A stretch of 64,000 bases of DNA, taken from IMG/VR virus record IMGVR_UViG_3300009149_000024, positions 7,775-71,774 of that record; one strand, written 5' to 3'. The notes below the pieces were generated by a model. It ran no database searches and was not told where the DNA came from. It was given only the letters and a program-made list of their open reading frames with translations. This stretch comes from a virus. The position numbers and the translations under genes were made by a program. Shown piece by piece: positions 11,136 through 22,900 of the stretch. Within the stretch, counting starts at the first letter, position 1. The number at the start of each line of letters is the position of its first letter.

Positions 11136-13652
11136 ATGGCAAAAATTAAAATAAATAGTTTACCTGCAGGCTTCAAGTTAGTTAATGGTAAAATAGAAGA
11201 AGACCAAATGATGAGAGATGGTGGCCGGGTAACTGGTGATCAGGCTGGTTATGGTTTGGTTACTTTACCTCAAGAGTATTACAATAATGCTAATATGAAT
11301 ACTACAAGAGATGAATCTGTTAGATATAGTTTATCTAGTGTTCCTAGGGACAAAGCAAATATTGAAGCTGAAGGTGGTGAAACTGTATTGACTGATTTAA
11401 ATGATGATAATCAATTTGGTTTGTATAATATAACTGGACCAAGACACTCTAAAGGTGGTGTACCAATGTATTTACCAGAGCAATCTTTTATCTATTCTGA
11501 TACAGATAAGATGAGATTTAATCAGGAAGAAATGGCTGAGTATGGTATTGAAAGTAAATCAAAAATGACTCCTGCACAAATATCTAAAAGGTATGATCTT
11601 AACAAATACTACGGTACAATGAAGGATCAATTTGCAGATGAAATTACTGCACGTAGTTCTGAACTCATGTTAAAGAAAAATATGATGGGTTTATCTAAAT
11701 TAGCATTTGGTCAAGAACTTAAAAAGAAATTTGAAGATGGTGTGCCTTTGGCAGCTCATCCTTATTTAGTTTCTATTGGTGAAGATCCAATTGAGTTTAC
11801 TGCTAAGGTAGAAAACATTACAAAACAACAAGCACAAATGAAAGCATTTGCTGCTTTAGATCCAGAACAACAACAACAATTACTTCAGCTACAAGAGATG
11901 ATGGCTCAAGTTGATGGACAACAACCTCAACAAGAAGAACAACCATTTGAAGATCCTTCAATGCAAGATCCTAATATGCAAGACTTATCTATGGCTGATG
12001 AGGATGTTATGGCTATGGGTGATCCTAATGAAGGCATGGCAAGATATGGTAGAGAGATAGGAATGTATCAAGATGGTAAAGAAAAACCAGTTAATCCACT
12101 TCCTAAAGATCATCCTAATTATGCTAAAGCACAAGAGATGATTGACTCTGGTAAGTTTGCAGTTACTAAAGGTGCTATTGAAGATGGTAAACAAAAATAT
12201 GATTTTAAAAAGATTGAAACTGAAGATCCAAAATTTAAAGCAGATAAAGAAGCACAATTAGCTAAAGAAAAAATTTCTGGTCAAAATCAAAAAGGTACAG
12301 GTAGTGTATCTATTTATGGTGAAGATCTTACAGGTGAAGGAAAAGCATTTCAAGAAAATTCTAAAGGTATTTATCAATACGGTAGATTATCACAAGGTAA
12401 TAGACCTGAAGTACAAGGTGAAGTAGATGGGGTATTTGGTTCAGCAGATATAAAAACTCCAGAATCACAAGCTGATTTTATGGATAGATGGGGAGATGTT
12501 GTAGCAACAATACCTGGGTTTGATTATAATAAAGACGGTAAAGATAAACAATGGGGAGAATTTCAAAAGAAAGCTGAAGAAACTAGAAAAAAAGAACACG
12601 TTGCTGTATTTGGTAGTGATAAAGATTATGTTCCATATTGGAAACAAAAAGGAACTAAAGGTTATAAACCAGGAGAAGATTTTGATAGTAGATTAGGATT
12701 ACATACTTATAATGCTCCGCGTTTTAAAGTTGGTGCTGTTGAACCTGGTGATGCTACCTTTAGTGTTGATGTTCCACCAGATCCAAGAGATCCTTTACAG
12801 GCTCCTGGAGTTCAAAATTTTAAACAACCTGAAGGACAATGGTGGGCACAAGATATTAATAACTTAGATACATTAGGTTTAATTGATGATAATTTATATT
12901 TACCATGGGCACCAGATATGAATCCAGCTAAAATAGATTATGTATTAGATGATTGGAGAGGAGCGGCTAATGCAAACTCAGCAGCTGCAAATACTATGGC
13001 TAATGCTTTAGGTGCTGTTGGTGGACCACAAGCTGTTGCTAATTCAAATATTCAGGGTCAAGCAATGGATGCAAATGCACAAGCTATCAATAGAGTTAAC
13101 ACTAATGATGTTGGTATTATGAATCAAGTAGCCCCAATGCAAGCACAATTAAATATGAAAGTTGATGAAATTAATCAAGGCAGAAATATGAATGTTTATG
13201 ATAATACACAAAAAACATTACAAAATGCTGATAACTTTAAAAACTGGAAAATTAATAAACAAAATGAATTATTTAATACAGCTCTTACTAATAGAGCCAA
13301 TACATATAATCTAAATTCAACTTATGATTACTATGCAATTGACCCCACAACAGGAGGTCCTATTTATTATAAGAATGGAAAAGCATTACAGAAAGTTGGA
13401 CCACAACCAGATTTAATGAAAAACTTTTATGATAAAGTTGCAGACTATGGAAGACAGACGGGTGAAGAAATGCCAGCAGAACTTATAAAAGCTTTATATC
13501 CTGGGCAAATGGCAAATAACAATCCTGATATATCTAATGCACAATTAGAAATGCAGAGAAGAGGTAACCCTCAAGGTTATGTTCAAGGTAAGTCAGGAAA
13601 AGAAATAAAAAGAATGATAGTACCATTCTATACAGGAAAGATGGGATCATAA
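11136..13652 (+). CDS. internal virion/cargo protein
   Basis: 838 aa; ANIEAEGGET...GPRHSKGGVP...FIYSD segment typical of crAss-like cargo proteins; N/Q/A-rich helical C-terminus. Confidence 0.65.
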   Translation: MAKIKINSLPAGFKLVNGKIEEDQMMRDGGRVTGDQAGYGLVTLPQEYYNNANMNTTRDESVRYSLSSVPRDKANIEAEGGETVLTDLNDDNQFGLYNITGPRHSKGGVPMYLPEQSFIYSDTDKMRFNQEEMAEYGIESKSKMTPAQISKRYDLNKYYGTMKDQFADEITARSSELMLKKNMMGLSKLAFGQELKKKFEDGVPLAAHPYLVSIGEDPIEFTAKVENITKQQAQMKAFAALDPEQQQQLLQLQEMMAQVDGQQPQQEEQPFEDPSMQDPNMQDLSMADEDVMAMGDPNEGMARYGREIGMYQDGKEKPVNPLPKDHPNYAKAQEMIDSGKFAVTKGAIEDGKQKYDFKKIETEDPKFKADKEAQLAKEKISGQNQKGTGSVSIYGEDLTGEGKAFQENSKGIYQYGRLSQGNRPEVQGEVDGVFGSADIKTPESQADFMDRWGDVVATIPGFDYNKDGKDKQWGEFQKKAEETRKKEHVAVFGSDKDYVPYWKQKGTKGYKPGEDFDSRLGLHTYNAPRFKVGAVEPGDATFSVDVPPDPRDPLQAPGVQNFKQPEGQWWAQDINNLDTLGLIDDNLYLPWAPDMNPAKIDYVLDDWRGAANANSAAANTMANALGAVGGPQAVANSNIQGQAMDANAQAINRVNTNDVGIMNQVAPMQAQLNMKVDEINQGRNMNVYDNTQKTLQNADNFKNWKINKQNELFNTALTNRANTYNLNSTYDYYAIDPTTGGPIYYKNGKALQKVGPQPDLMKNFYDKVADYGRQTGEEMPAELIKALYPGQMANNNPDISNAQLEMQRRGNPQGYVQGKSGKEIKRMIVPFYTGKMGS

Positions 13653-13711
13653 ACTTTAAAAGTTTTATGATTTATCTTGTTAAACTTAATAAATTTTAGT
13701 AATTTACAATT

Positions 13712-16700
13712 ATGGCAACATACGTACCAGGAGTAGAAACATATTTACCAGATATCAAACCGTTTACACCAGACTATAAATTCTTGTCTGCTGTACTTGA
13801 TGTAAGAACGGATAAATATAACACTAATTGGAAGGCAACTAATGACCTTTACAATAAGGTTGTTTATGCAGATTTGTCTAGAACAGATACCAAAGAACAA
13901 AGAGATCAATACATAAATCAAATAGCTCCATCTTTAGAGAAAATTGCAGGGATGGATTTATCAATGATACAAAATGCGGATTCAGCACAAGCTGTATTTG
14001 CTCCATTTTTTGAAGATGATTTAATAGTAAGTGATATAATGCATACTTCCAATTATAGAAAGGAAATGGATTATGCAAATAGACTTATTGATTCTCCTGA
14101 TCAAGAACAAAGAATGAAATACAATGAAGATGGTGTAAGAGGATTGCAATATCATATGGAAGACTTCATTACTTCAGCTCCAGATAAAGCAATGAAAATG
14201 GGGTTACCTCAATTTGTTGAAGGTGCTAATATGATGGTGATGGCTCAAAAGATTTTAGGTGAAATGAAACCACCTTTAAAAATGAAAAAGGACAGCACTC
14301 AGGGAGATTGGATTATCATACAACAAAATGGTAGTTTAGTATTTCCTGCTGCAAAAGCATATATTGAACAAGCATTATTGAATGATCCTAGAATCCAAAG
14401 ATTCTATAAGAACCAAGCTTTTGTAAGAAGTAGAAACCGTGCTGCAGAAGGAATTGCAAATGGTGAATTTGCTACTGTAGAACAAGGACAAGCTGCATGG
14501 GCTGAAGAAACAATCAATAGAATAACTGAACAGAATCAATACTACTTAGAAAAAGAAAGTATTCAAGCAGCTGAACAAAAAGCTATAAATGATAATTATA
14601 AAAATATTGAAGAAAGCAATGGTATAGTTCCCGGATCAGATGATGACAAAGCAAAGAACCAACAGCTTTCTATGTATGAAAGAACTAAAGCTGCTTTAGA
14701 AGCTAGACAAAATGTTAAACAGTTATCTAATGAACCAGTAAAAGATTTTCAATCTACATTGGCTAAAGCATACCGTCTTTATCAGGCGGGTAACATAGGT
14801 AGAGATATAGATGCTGCAGCAGCAGAGTTTGCTAGTAGAGATTCTGAATATACAATAAAGGTAAACCCTTTAGTTCAAGATCAAAAGAACTTTCAATATG
14901 ATATGGCTAAAATTAGTCAACAACATGCTAATGCTAAAGAATTAAAAATACTTCAAGGAGATATTGATTATGCATTAGCTGATGCTAAAGGTGAGATTGT
15001 TGGTGCAAAAAGCGCAAGTGAATTACAAAAAGAAATGGAAGCAAGTGCTCAAGAGGCCATAGTAGGTGATGCTACAAATTCTGAATTTAATATTGGTGAA
15101 GATAATTTACCTGATGCTAATACAGATATGAATGGAAAACTTATTGAAGATATTGATAAAGCTGTAGCAGAAACTGATGGTAAACAATTAGATAAGATTA
15201 CACGTATATTAAAACTTTTAAATCCTGCAGGTAACATAAATGCTGCTAATGAAGCCACTCAACAATATACAATAAAAATAAAAGGTGAAAATTTTACAGG
15301 TGGAATAGATCAAATAAAAAATAAACTTGGAGAAAAAAATTCAAATGGTACTTATAAATATCAAACAGATATCCAAAATTTGTATAATGAAAAAATAAAA
15401 ATATTAAGTAGTAAAGAAGAAATGGCTAAATATCCACGTAAATCTGAATCAGAAGAATATGGCATGTTAATTCAGGAAATATTTGGTGATAAAGGTTTAA
15501 ATAGTGATATTGAAATACAAAAGATGGCTGTAAAAACTTTAACTAATAGGTATAAAAAAACACATGATGCTGCAGTTGCACTTGTTAAAGGTGAAGACTC
15601 AGATGTAAAAAATTTAATGGAAAATGGTGGTATGCCTGGTATATATCAAACTTTACCATCTGGGGTATCTCAACAAATGTCTAAGCCCGCATATATTAAG
15701 TATGTTGCTGAACTTGCTAAAAAAGGAAAAGTAAAGAATGTTAATTTACCTTGGACTATAGATACAGGTACAAATAATAGTAACTACATGCACACTGTTC
15801 AAAAAGGAACTGGTGAATATTATACTGTTAGAGATGGTCAAGGTGGAATTGAAAAAAGAGAACGTACAAAATCTGTTACTGAATTAGATATGAGTGCTAT
15901 TGAAGCTGAAGCTGGTTTAGTATATGATAAGATTAAGCAAAAAACTAATAGTGCTTTAACTGGTCATGAAAGTGAGTATGGTGAATTTGAAACTGGTACT
16001 TATAAAGGTTTTATGAATGGAAGAACTGGTGCATCTGATATGGTTACGTCTCCTGTTTATAGATCTGCTATAGATCCATTATCAAAAACATCTGCAGGAC
16101 AAAGTGAATTATCTTATATGATGCGTCAAAAAAGAATGTTAGAATCAGAAGGTAAGAATGTTAGTTTTGTTATTGGAAATTTATCAGATAAAAAAGGTAA
16201 TGAACCTATAGCAAATGAAGAGTTAGCACAGAGAGCTTACAATGCTTATATAGCAGATATGAGAACTTGGACAGGTAATTCTAAACGTAGTAACTCAGCT
16301 GCTATTGCACCAAGAAGTAATATTTCTTATAGTACTGTTATGGGATCCCCTGAAGATGGTAAAAAAACTACAGCTGGTTATACTATTAATGGTTTTAACG
16401 AATGGTTGGCTAGTAAAATTAAAGGTACAAGTAAAGATGATGGTACTGGTGAGTATGGTTTATTTAGTAAACCAGAAGTAGACCAATTGAAAAATGGTAT
16501 TAGTATGGTGTTTGATAAAAATTTAGATATAAATCCAAAGGCTAGACAATATACTTCTGCTGTTTTGGCAGCTGTTGAAGCAAGTGGTAAAAACTTTGCT
16601 GAGTTTATGTATCCTGGTGTAGATGGTATGACACCAACTGCAACATATAGAATTGTTAAAACAGGTACGGAACAGTATTATGCTACATATAAGGTTAACA

Positions 16701-16912
16701 TTTATCAACCTGACGGAACATATCTTCCAAGTGATTGGGAACAAATACCAATAAATATAAGTCCTTTTGATAGTGCTGAAAAAATAGATTTACAAATAGC
16801 AAAAATGAAAGAAAATTTTGAAAATCTAAAAAATTTAAACGAACAGCTTGGGATAAAAATTCTGCTGTTAACGGTAAGGGAAATAAAAAATAATTATATT
16901 TACAAAAAATAA
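13712..16912 (+). CDS. large ejected virion protein upstream of vRNAP
   Basis: 1066-aa ORF, first of the three large genes of the crAss-like RNAP locus; C-terminal frame uncertain (see findings). Confidence 0.6.
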   Translation: MATYVPGVETYLPDIKPFTPDYKFLSAVLDVRTDKYNTNWKATNDLYNKVVYADLSRTDTKEQRDQYINQIAPSLEKIAGMDLSMIQNADSAQAVFAPFFEDDLIVSDIMHTSNYRKEMDYANRLIDSPDQEQRMKYNEDGVRGLQYHMEDFITSAPDKAMKMGLPQFVEGANMMVMAQKILGEMKPPLKMKKDSTQGDWIIIQQNGSLVFPAAKAYIEQALLNDPRIQRFYKNQAFVRSRNRAAEGIANGEFATVEQGQAAWAEETINRITEQNQYYLEKESIQAAEQKAINDNYKNIEESNGIVPGSDDDKAKNQQLSMYERTKAALEARQNVKQLSNEPVKDFQSTLAKAYRLYQAGNIGRDIDAAAAEFASRDSEYTIKVNPLVQDQKNFQYDMAKISQQHANAKELKILQGDIDYALADAKGEIVGAKSASELQKEMEASAQEAIVGDATNSEFNIGEDNLPDANTDMNGKLIEDIDKAVAETDGKQLDKITRILKLLNPAGNINAANEATQQYTIKIKGENFTGGIDQIKNKLGEKNSNGTYKYQTDIQNLYNEKIKILSSKEEMAKYPRKSESEEYGMLIQEIFGDKGLNSDIEIQKMAVKTLTNRYKKTHDAAVALVKGEDSDVKNLMENGGMPGIYQTLPSGVSQQMSKPAYIKYVAELAKKGKVKNVNLPWTIDTGTNNSNYMHTVQKGTGEYYTVRDGQGGIEKRERTKSVTELDMSAIEAEAGLVYDKIKQKTNSALTGHESEYGEFETGTYKGFMNGRTGASDMVTSPVYRSAIDPLSKTSAGQSELSYMMRQKRMLESEGKNVSFVIGNLSDKKGNEPIANEELAQRAYNAYIADMRTWTGNSKRSNSAAIAPRSNISYSTVMGSPEDGKKTTAGYTINGFNEWLASKIKGTSKDDGTGEYGLFSKPEVDQLKNGISMVFDKNLDINPKARQYTSAVLAAVEASGKNFAEFMYPGVDGMTPTATYRIVKTGTEQYYATYKVNIYQPDGTYLPSDWEQIPINISPFDSAEKIDLQIAKMKENFENLKNLNEQLGIKILLLTVREIKNNYIYKK

Positions 16913-16927
16913 TACATCTAATATTGT

Positions 16928-19900
16928 ATGGAAAATCAAGTTAAAAATAATAGTTTAGAGCAAACAATTTTAGATAATCAAACATCAGAAAGTGTCATTC
17001 CAAAAGATAATTCATTTGAATCTGTAAGGGAAATGTTTAATACTCCCGCTACTGAGATTCTTATGGGTAAAATGGATATGTCTCAATTTGAACAAGTAGA
17101 GTCATTAAGACCTATGATTAATTTGACAGGTATTAGATCAAATGCTAATGCTAATACAATAAGACCTACATTATCTACAAATACATTTGATCCTGTTCTA
17201 CAACAAAATCCACCAAATTTACAAGAACCAGGTGGATTTCACAGAATGATGACACAAAGTGTAAAAGATGCTTTTCAAAGAAGTGAAGCAGATGCAGTAC
17301 CAGGAAGAGGTGTTGCATCCCCTGTTTTTTCAAGTATGCTTCAAACTAATTTTAAACGTTATTATGAGCATCCTGAATTTCAAACTTTAGGGTGGAAACC
17401 TTATGCTGATAATGAAGCTTACTATAATGCTAACTCAACTATCTATGATGATATGAGTAGAATGTGGGGTCAATTTGGAAGCCTGGTTGGTACAGGATTT
17501 ATGAGTGGTTATAGATCAATAGGTGATATGATTGGTGGAGGATCCATGGTAACTGATTTAAAATCTGCAAATGAATTTGAAGATGCAATGGCAATTGGTA
17601 ATTCAAGTAGAGGTGGTGTTTTAGGTTTTACTAATAACCTTTTACTAAACTCTGCATATACAGTTGGTATTGTTAGTTCAATTGCATTAGAAGAACTTGT
17701 AATGGCCGGATTAGAAGTTGTAACTTTTGGTGGAGCTACACCACTTGTAGCTGGAAGAACTGCACTTAATGCTGCAAGATTAGCTCAAGCTGTTGGTAAA
17801 GCAACTACTGTTGGTAGAATGTACAGTTCAGGAAGAACTATGATGAATACTTTAAAAGGTATTGACACAGCAAAAGATTTTTGGACAGCTAGTAAAATGG
17901 GAGGTAAAGCTGTTGCTAGTATTTTTGCTCCTGAAACTATAGCTGCTATTAATAGATTGCATACTACTGAAGTACTTGCTCAGAACTTAACTAATATGGC
18001 TAAAGCATCTGAATATGCTGGTTCATTTTATAGAGATCTTAGAGGATTAAATTTAGCTTTATCAGAAAGCAAGCTTGAAGGAGGTATGGTTTACAATGAT
18101 ATGGTTAAAACAGGAATGGCCATTAAGTTTGCTGAAAATAATGGACTACCAGTTACTCCAGAACAAGCAGCAGAAATTGGCGCAAATGCACACAAAGCGG
18201 CATTTGCAACTACAATGCATAATATGCCTGCTATATTTTTAACAAACAAATTAGTTTTAGGTAATTCATTAGGTGGTTTTAATAAATCATTAGGTAGGGT
18301 ATTTAGTGAAAATTCAGTAAACATACCAAGTAGACTTATTAAAACTGCAGGTAAATTAAATCCGTTTAAAGATGCTGGTACAGGATTTAAAGGTTTGATG
18401 ACAACAATTGGTAACGCAGGTGTTAAAGGTAATTTAGCAAAAGCAGGTACAGGGTCATTAAGATTTTTTGCTGCTAACTTAGGGGAAGGTATTCAAGAAG
18501 TTACACAGGAAGCTATTTCTGCAGGTACTAAAAATTATTATACAACTCTATTAAAGGATCCACTAGCTGGTGGTACAGAATTATATAAAGCATCTGTTAC
18601 TGCAGGATTAGGTGAGCAATTTTCAGCTCAAGGTTTTGAAACATTTATGTCAGGATTTTTAATGGGTGGTGTAGTATCTGGCCCACAAAAATTATTTTTC
18701 CAAGGAGTTCCTGCATTATATCAAAGAGTTTCTAATCCAGAAAAATATGCAGAGTATAAACAACAAAAAGAAACTTATATTAAATCTGTAGTAGATACAT
18801 ATAATGCAGTTTGGAATGCGCAAGCTAATGATCCAAATTCAATATTTGATCAAAAAAGATTTAACTTTTTAATACAGAAAGCAATATCTGAAGAAAAAAC
18901 AATTTCTGCTATTCTTAATGATAAATTTAATTTTGTTGATGAGACAGATGCTGCTAAGTTTCAACAAATACATACTGTACTATCAACAGGTGGTGCTTAT
19001 TTATTTAAAGATCAGTTAACTGATTATATGAAAATGTCTGATCAAGATTTAGCTGAGGCTTTTCCTTCAAGCAAATCAGAGATTAAAAATGGAAAGATAA
19101 GAGAGCGTCTTCAAAGTATGGTTAATCAAATTGATAAAACTGAAGATGTATATGAAAAATCAAAAGATCAATATCCAAATCCATTTAATCCTAAATCTTT
19201 TGAAAAAGGTACAAGAGAATGGGAACAAGAAACATTAAATAATCTTGCTTGGGAACATGCAAGATATCTTTATATGTTTACCCAAGATGGTTTTACTAGA
19301 GCACTAGAAAGATCAAATAGTATTTATCAAAATCTAACATCAGATCCATTGTTTGAAAACATGGCTGCTAATGATTTAACTGTATTATTAGATCCTGCTT
19401 CTATTGATAAAGAAATGCAAATGTTAACAGAAGAAGCTTTGCTTTTATCTGGAGATACAAAACTTAATGCTGATAAAATAAAAGAAAAAACAGAAAGAAT
19501 AGAAAGACTGTCTGCATTTAAAAATATAGTAATGGAGAACCAAAACAAAGATGGTTCTTTTGATAAAAGAAAAATTAGTTTACTTAGAAAAGAATTTGAA
19601 AAGTATGTTAAACATATGGCTCAAGCAACTGGCTCATTTGTAAACAAAGAAGCTATTGATAATGCATTAAAACAAATTGTAGATTATACTGCATTAAAAG
19701 GTAGAGCTAAGGTTTATGATAAAGCAATTGAGTATTTAAACAACCCTCAAAAATTTAGAGATTTATCTGAAAGATCTGCTGAAGCAATGCAGGAACAATT
19801 TAAAAATAGAAAAGCAATATTTGAAAAACAAGTACGTGATTATACTGATGTAATTGAAAGAAATGAATTAGCTAATCAAATTGCAAAATTAGGATATATA

Positions 19901-22900
19901 CCTAACCATGTTGAAATGAAAATGTTTTTAGAAACTGGAGACAGTAAATATTTAAAAACATTTTATAATCAAAAAGGAGAAGACATTACCAGATATGATT
20001 CAGAAGGTTTAGCTAATATCCAAGAATTATTAAATACTTATGAGCAAACTAGACCTGATAAAAAAGTAGAGGCAGAAATTAAAGAAGAGGAAGAGGTTGC
20101 TGAAGAAGGAAGAGCTGATGTAGATGATATATTAGTGTCAGCTGGAATAACTACTCAAGTATCAGTTAAAAATTCAGTTCTTCTAGACAATGCCGTTAAA
20201 AAAGCTTATGATAAATATTCAGCTAAAGAAACAAGAGCTGGTAAAAAACCAATGTCTTTAGAAGCATGGATTGGTGGAGATGGTGGTAAAAATCTTAGAG
20301 CATCATTCATTGCAGTTAAAAGAATCTGGGTAGAAAATGATTTACTTATAAACCCAAACAACCCACTTACAGAACAAGAAATTGAAAGTGAAAGTAAGTT
20401 ATTGTCATGGTTACAAAGCCAAGAAGGTAAAACAAATGATTTAGTTGAGTCAGTAGTAAATGCTGTTGGATTAACTATTGAAGATATTACAGGTCAAGTT
20501 GAATTATTGCCAGCACAAGGTGAAAGCATTGAAGGAAATAAAAGTGCTACTGTTGCTGAAAAAGGAAATGTTATTTCATTAATTGAATTGAATACAGTTG
20601 ATCCAGAAGGCAATGCTTTTACATCATATCAATTGGTTGATCAATATAAACAACCGTTAGATGAAGAAACATTAACCAGATATGGTATTCCTACATTAGG
20701 AATATATGATGAAGCTAATAAAGCTGAAGGTATTAAAATGCAAAAAGCTTTAAATGATTTAATACCTGATAGCACTAAATTTACTTTTGCTGGTGCAACT
20801 TTAAATTATGGACAACTTATTTATGATAAGACAGGTCTAGAATTTATTATATTAAGTGACCCTAAACAAATTAAAAAAGATGGTAAATTATTAATAATTC
20901 CATCTAATGAAATTAGTCCAATAATTAAAGATACTGAAAGATCTACTCAACCTATTACAGCTAAAGAATTTGCTGAGTTATTTAGTGTTCAGGATTTAAA
21001 TGTTAAACTGTTACCTAATAATGTAGCTAGATTAAGCATCAATGAACCTATTCAACCATATCCTTATAGAAATAAAGTTGAAGGTAGTACAAATGATTGG
21101 ACAGAAACTAATGAACAAGCAATAGCAAGATATAATTTAATTATGTCAGTGCTAACACCAGAAGAAGTAAATGATTTAGAATTAGTTGTAAGTTTAGATC
21201 CTGAAGGCGGAACAGAAGGTCCTCTTTTATTTATTCCTGGTAGTAAAGAAGCAAATCCATACATTCAAACAGTAAGAGCAAAGTATTCTGTAGGAATAAG
21301 AATTGCTAATCCTGCAGTTCAATCTAAAGTTGATGCTATTGTAGAAAAAATGGGATTAACTAAAAGTACTTCTACAAATGGTGTTTTTGCATTTATGCAA
21401 AATAATAACTTTATAATTACAAATTCTCAAGGTACTGTTATTGATCCAGTCAATATGACAATGGATGAATACAAAAACATAATCTACCTTCCAGAAGGAA
21501 TGGTTAAAAATCCTGAAACAGATTTAAAGCGTGCTCAAGATCACTTTGCTTTAAATAATGTATTGAGTGCAGCATTACCTGGTTTAGTAGCTAAGTATCC
21601 AAATGGTATTATACCAATGAGTGAATTACCTAATGGTTTATCTTTTGTATATAAAGAAGCTGTAATGATGTATGATAAATCACCAAAGTCATTGACTGAT
21701 TTACAATTTAATGCTGCTGATATAAATGGTAACTATTTAATTTATCAATCAGAAATAGTTAGAGATGAAGAAGGTAAGCCTGTCAAACCTTTTCAAAGAA
21801 CTAAAATAGCTATATCAAACCTTGAAGGTCAAGCAAGAAGACAACTTATAAATGAAGTTGAAGCAAACTTAAGTGAACAAGATTTAGCAAAACTTATTAG
21901 CGGTCAAGATGCATATAATGCAATTGTATTAATGCCTGATGGCAAATATAAAGTGGTTAACTTAAAAGCTAAATCTATTGATAAAGCAATTTTAATGGAA
22001 AAGTTTACAGCAATAATTAATAAAGCTGAATCAACATTAATTGAAAATCCAGAAAAATCTGATTCTTTTAAGACAAACTTTAATTCTGATTACAATGAAA
22101 ACTTACCTAAAGAAATATTTGTTAGTACAAAAAACGGCTATAAAATTTCTCTTCAAGTTAGTCCTTGGGGTAAAATAGAATTAGATTTATTTGATACTGT
22201 CAATAAGAAAAAATTAGGTATTGCAAGATTAAAGCCAACTGCAAAGACATCTGTTGATGAACAACTTAAAACTTTGTTAGATGATTTTAATGCATTACCT
22301 GGAGCTATAGCTGTAGGAATAAAGATTACTCCTGAAAACTTTAGAGAAAGTTTTCCAAGAGATATATCTGCTAATGATTTAATTGAAAAAACAACAACTG
22401 AGGTTGCACCTAAAGTTGCATCTAATAGTAAGATTGAATTGTCTGGAGATTCTGCATTTATTCAAGCTGCTAGAAATATACCAGTATCAACACAAGGTAC
22501 TTTTACACCAACAGAAACATTTACAGATGCTCAAGGAAATCCAATTCCTAAAGGTCCTGAATTAACAACAGCTGCAACACCTGAAGAGGTGGCAGACGCA
22601 CTTGATACAGATAACATTAATCCTGAAGACATCAATGTAGATGATATTGCTGCACGTAGAAATGGTGTTAGATTAAATAAACTAGAAGGTGTTAAAGAAC
22701 AACTAGATACTTTAAAAGCAAAACTTACTGAAGGATTAGTTGGTGCAGCAAAAATTAAAGCTGTAAAAGAAAGCAAAGAATATCAAGATCTTTTAGCTGA
22801 AAGAAAAAAATTAGAAAGTGAAGCTAACAAAATAGTTTCTGTTCAAGATGCTGTTGTTGATGCTGAAGATATTGATGTATTTACAGAATGGGCAACTGCA

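Noticed and set aside
16913-16927. Read-through fusion of the 1066-aa protein to the RNAP
   Set aside because: The two ORFs are in frame but separated by two TAA stops.
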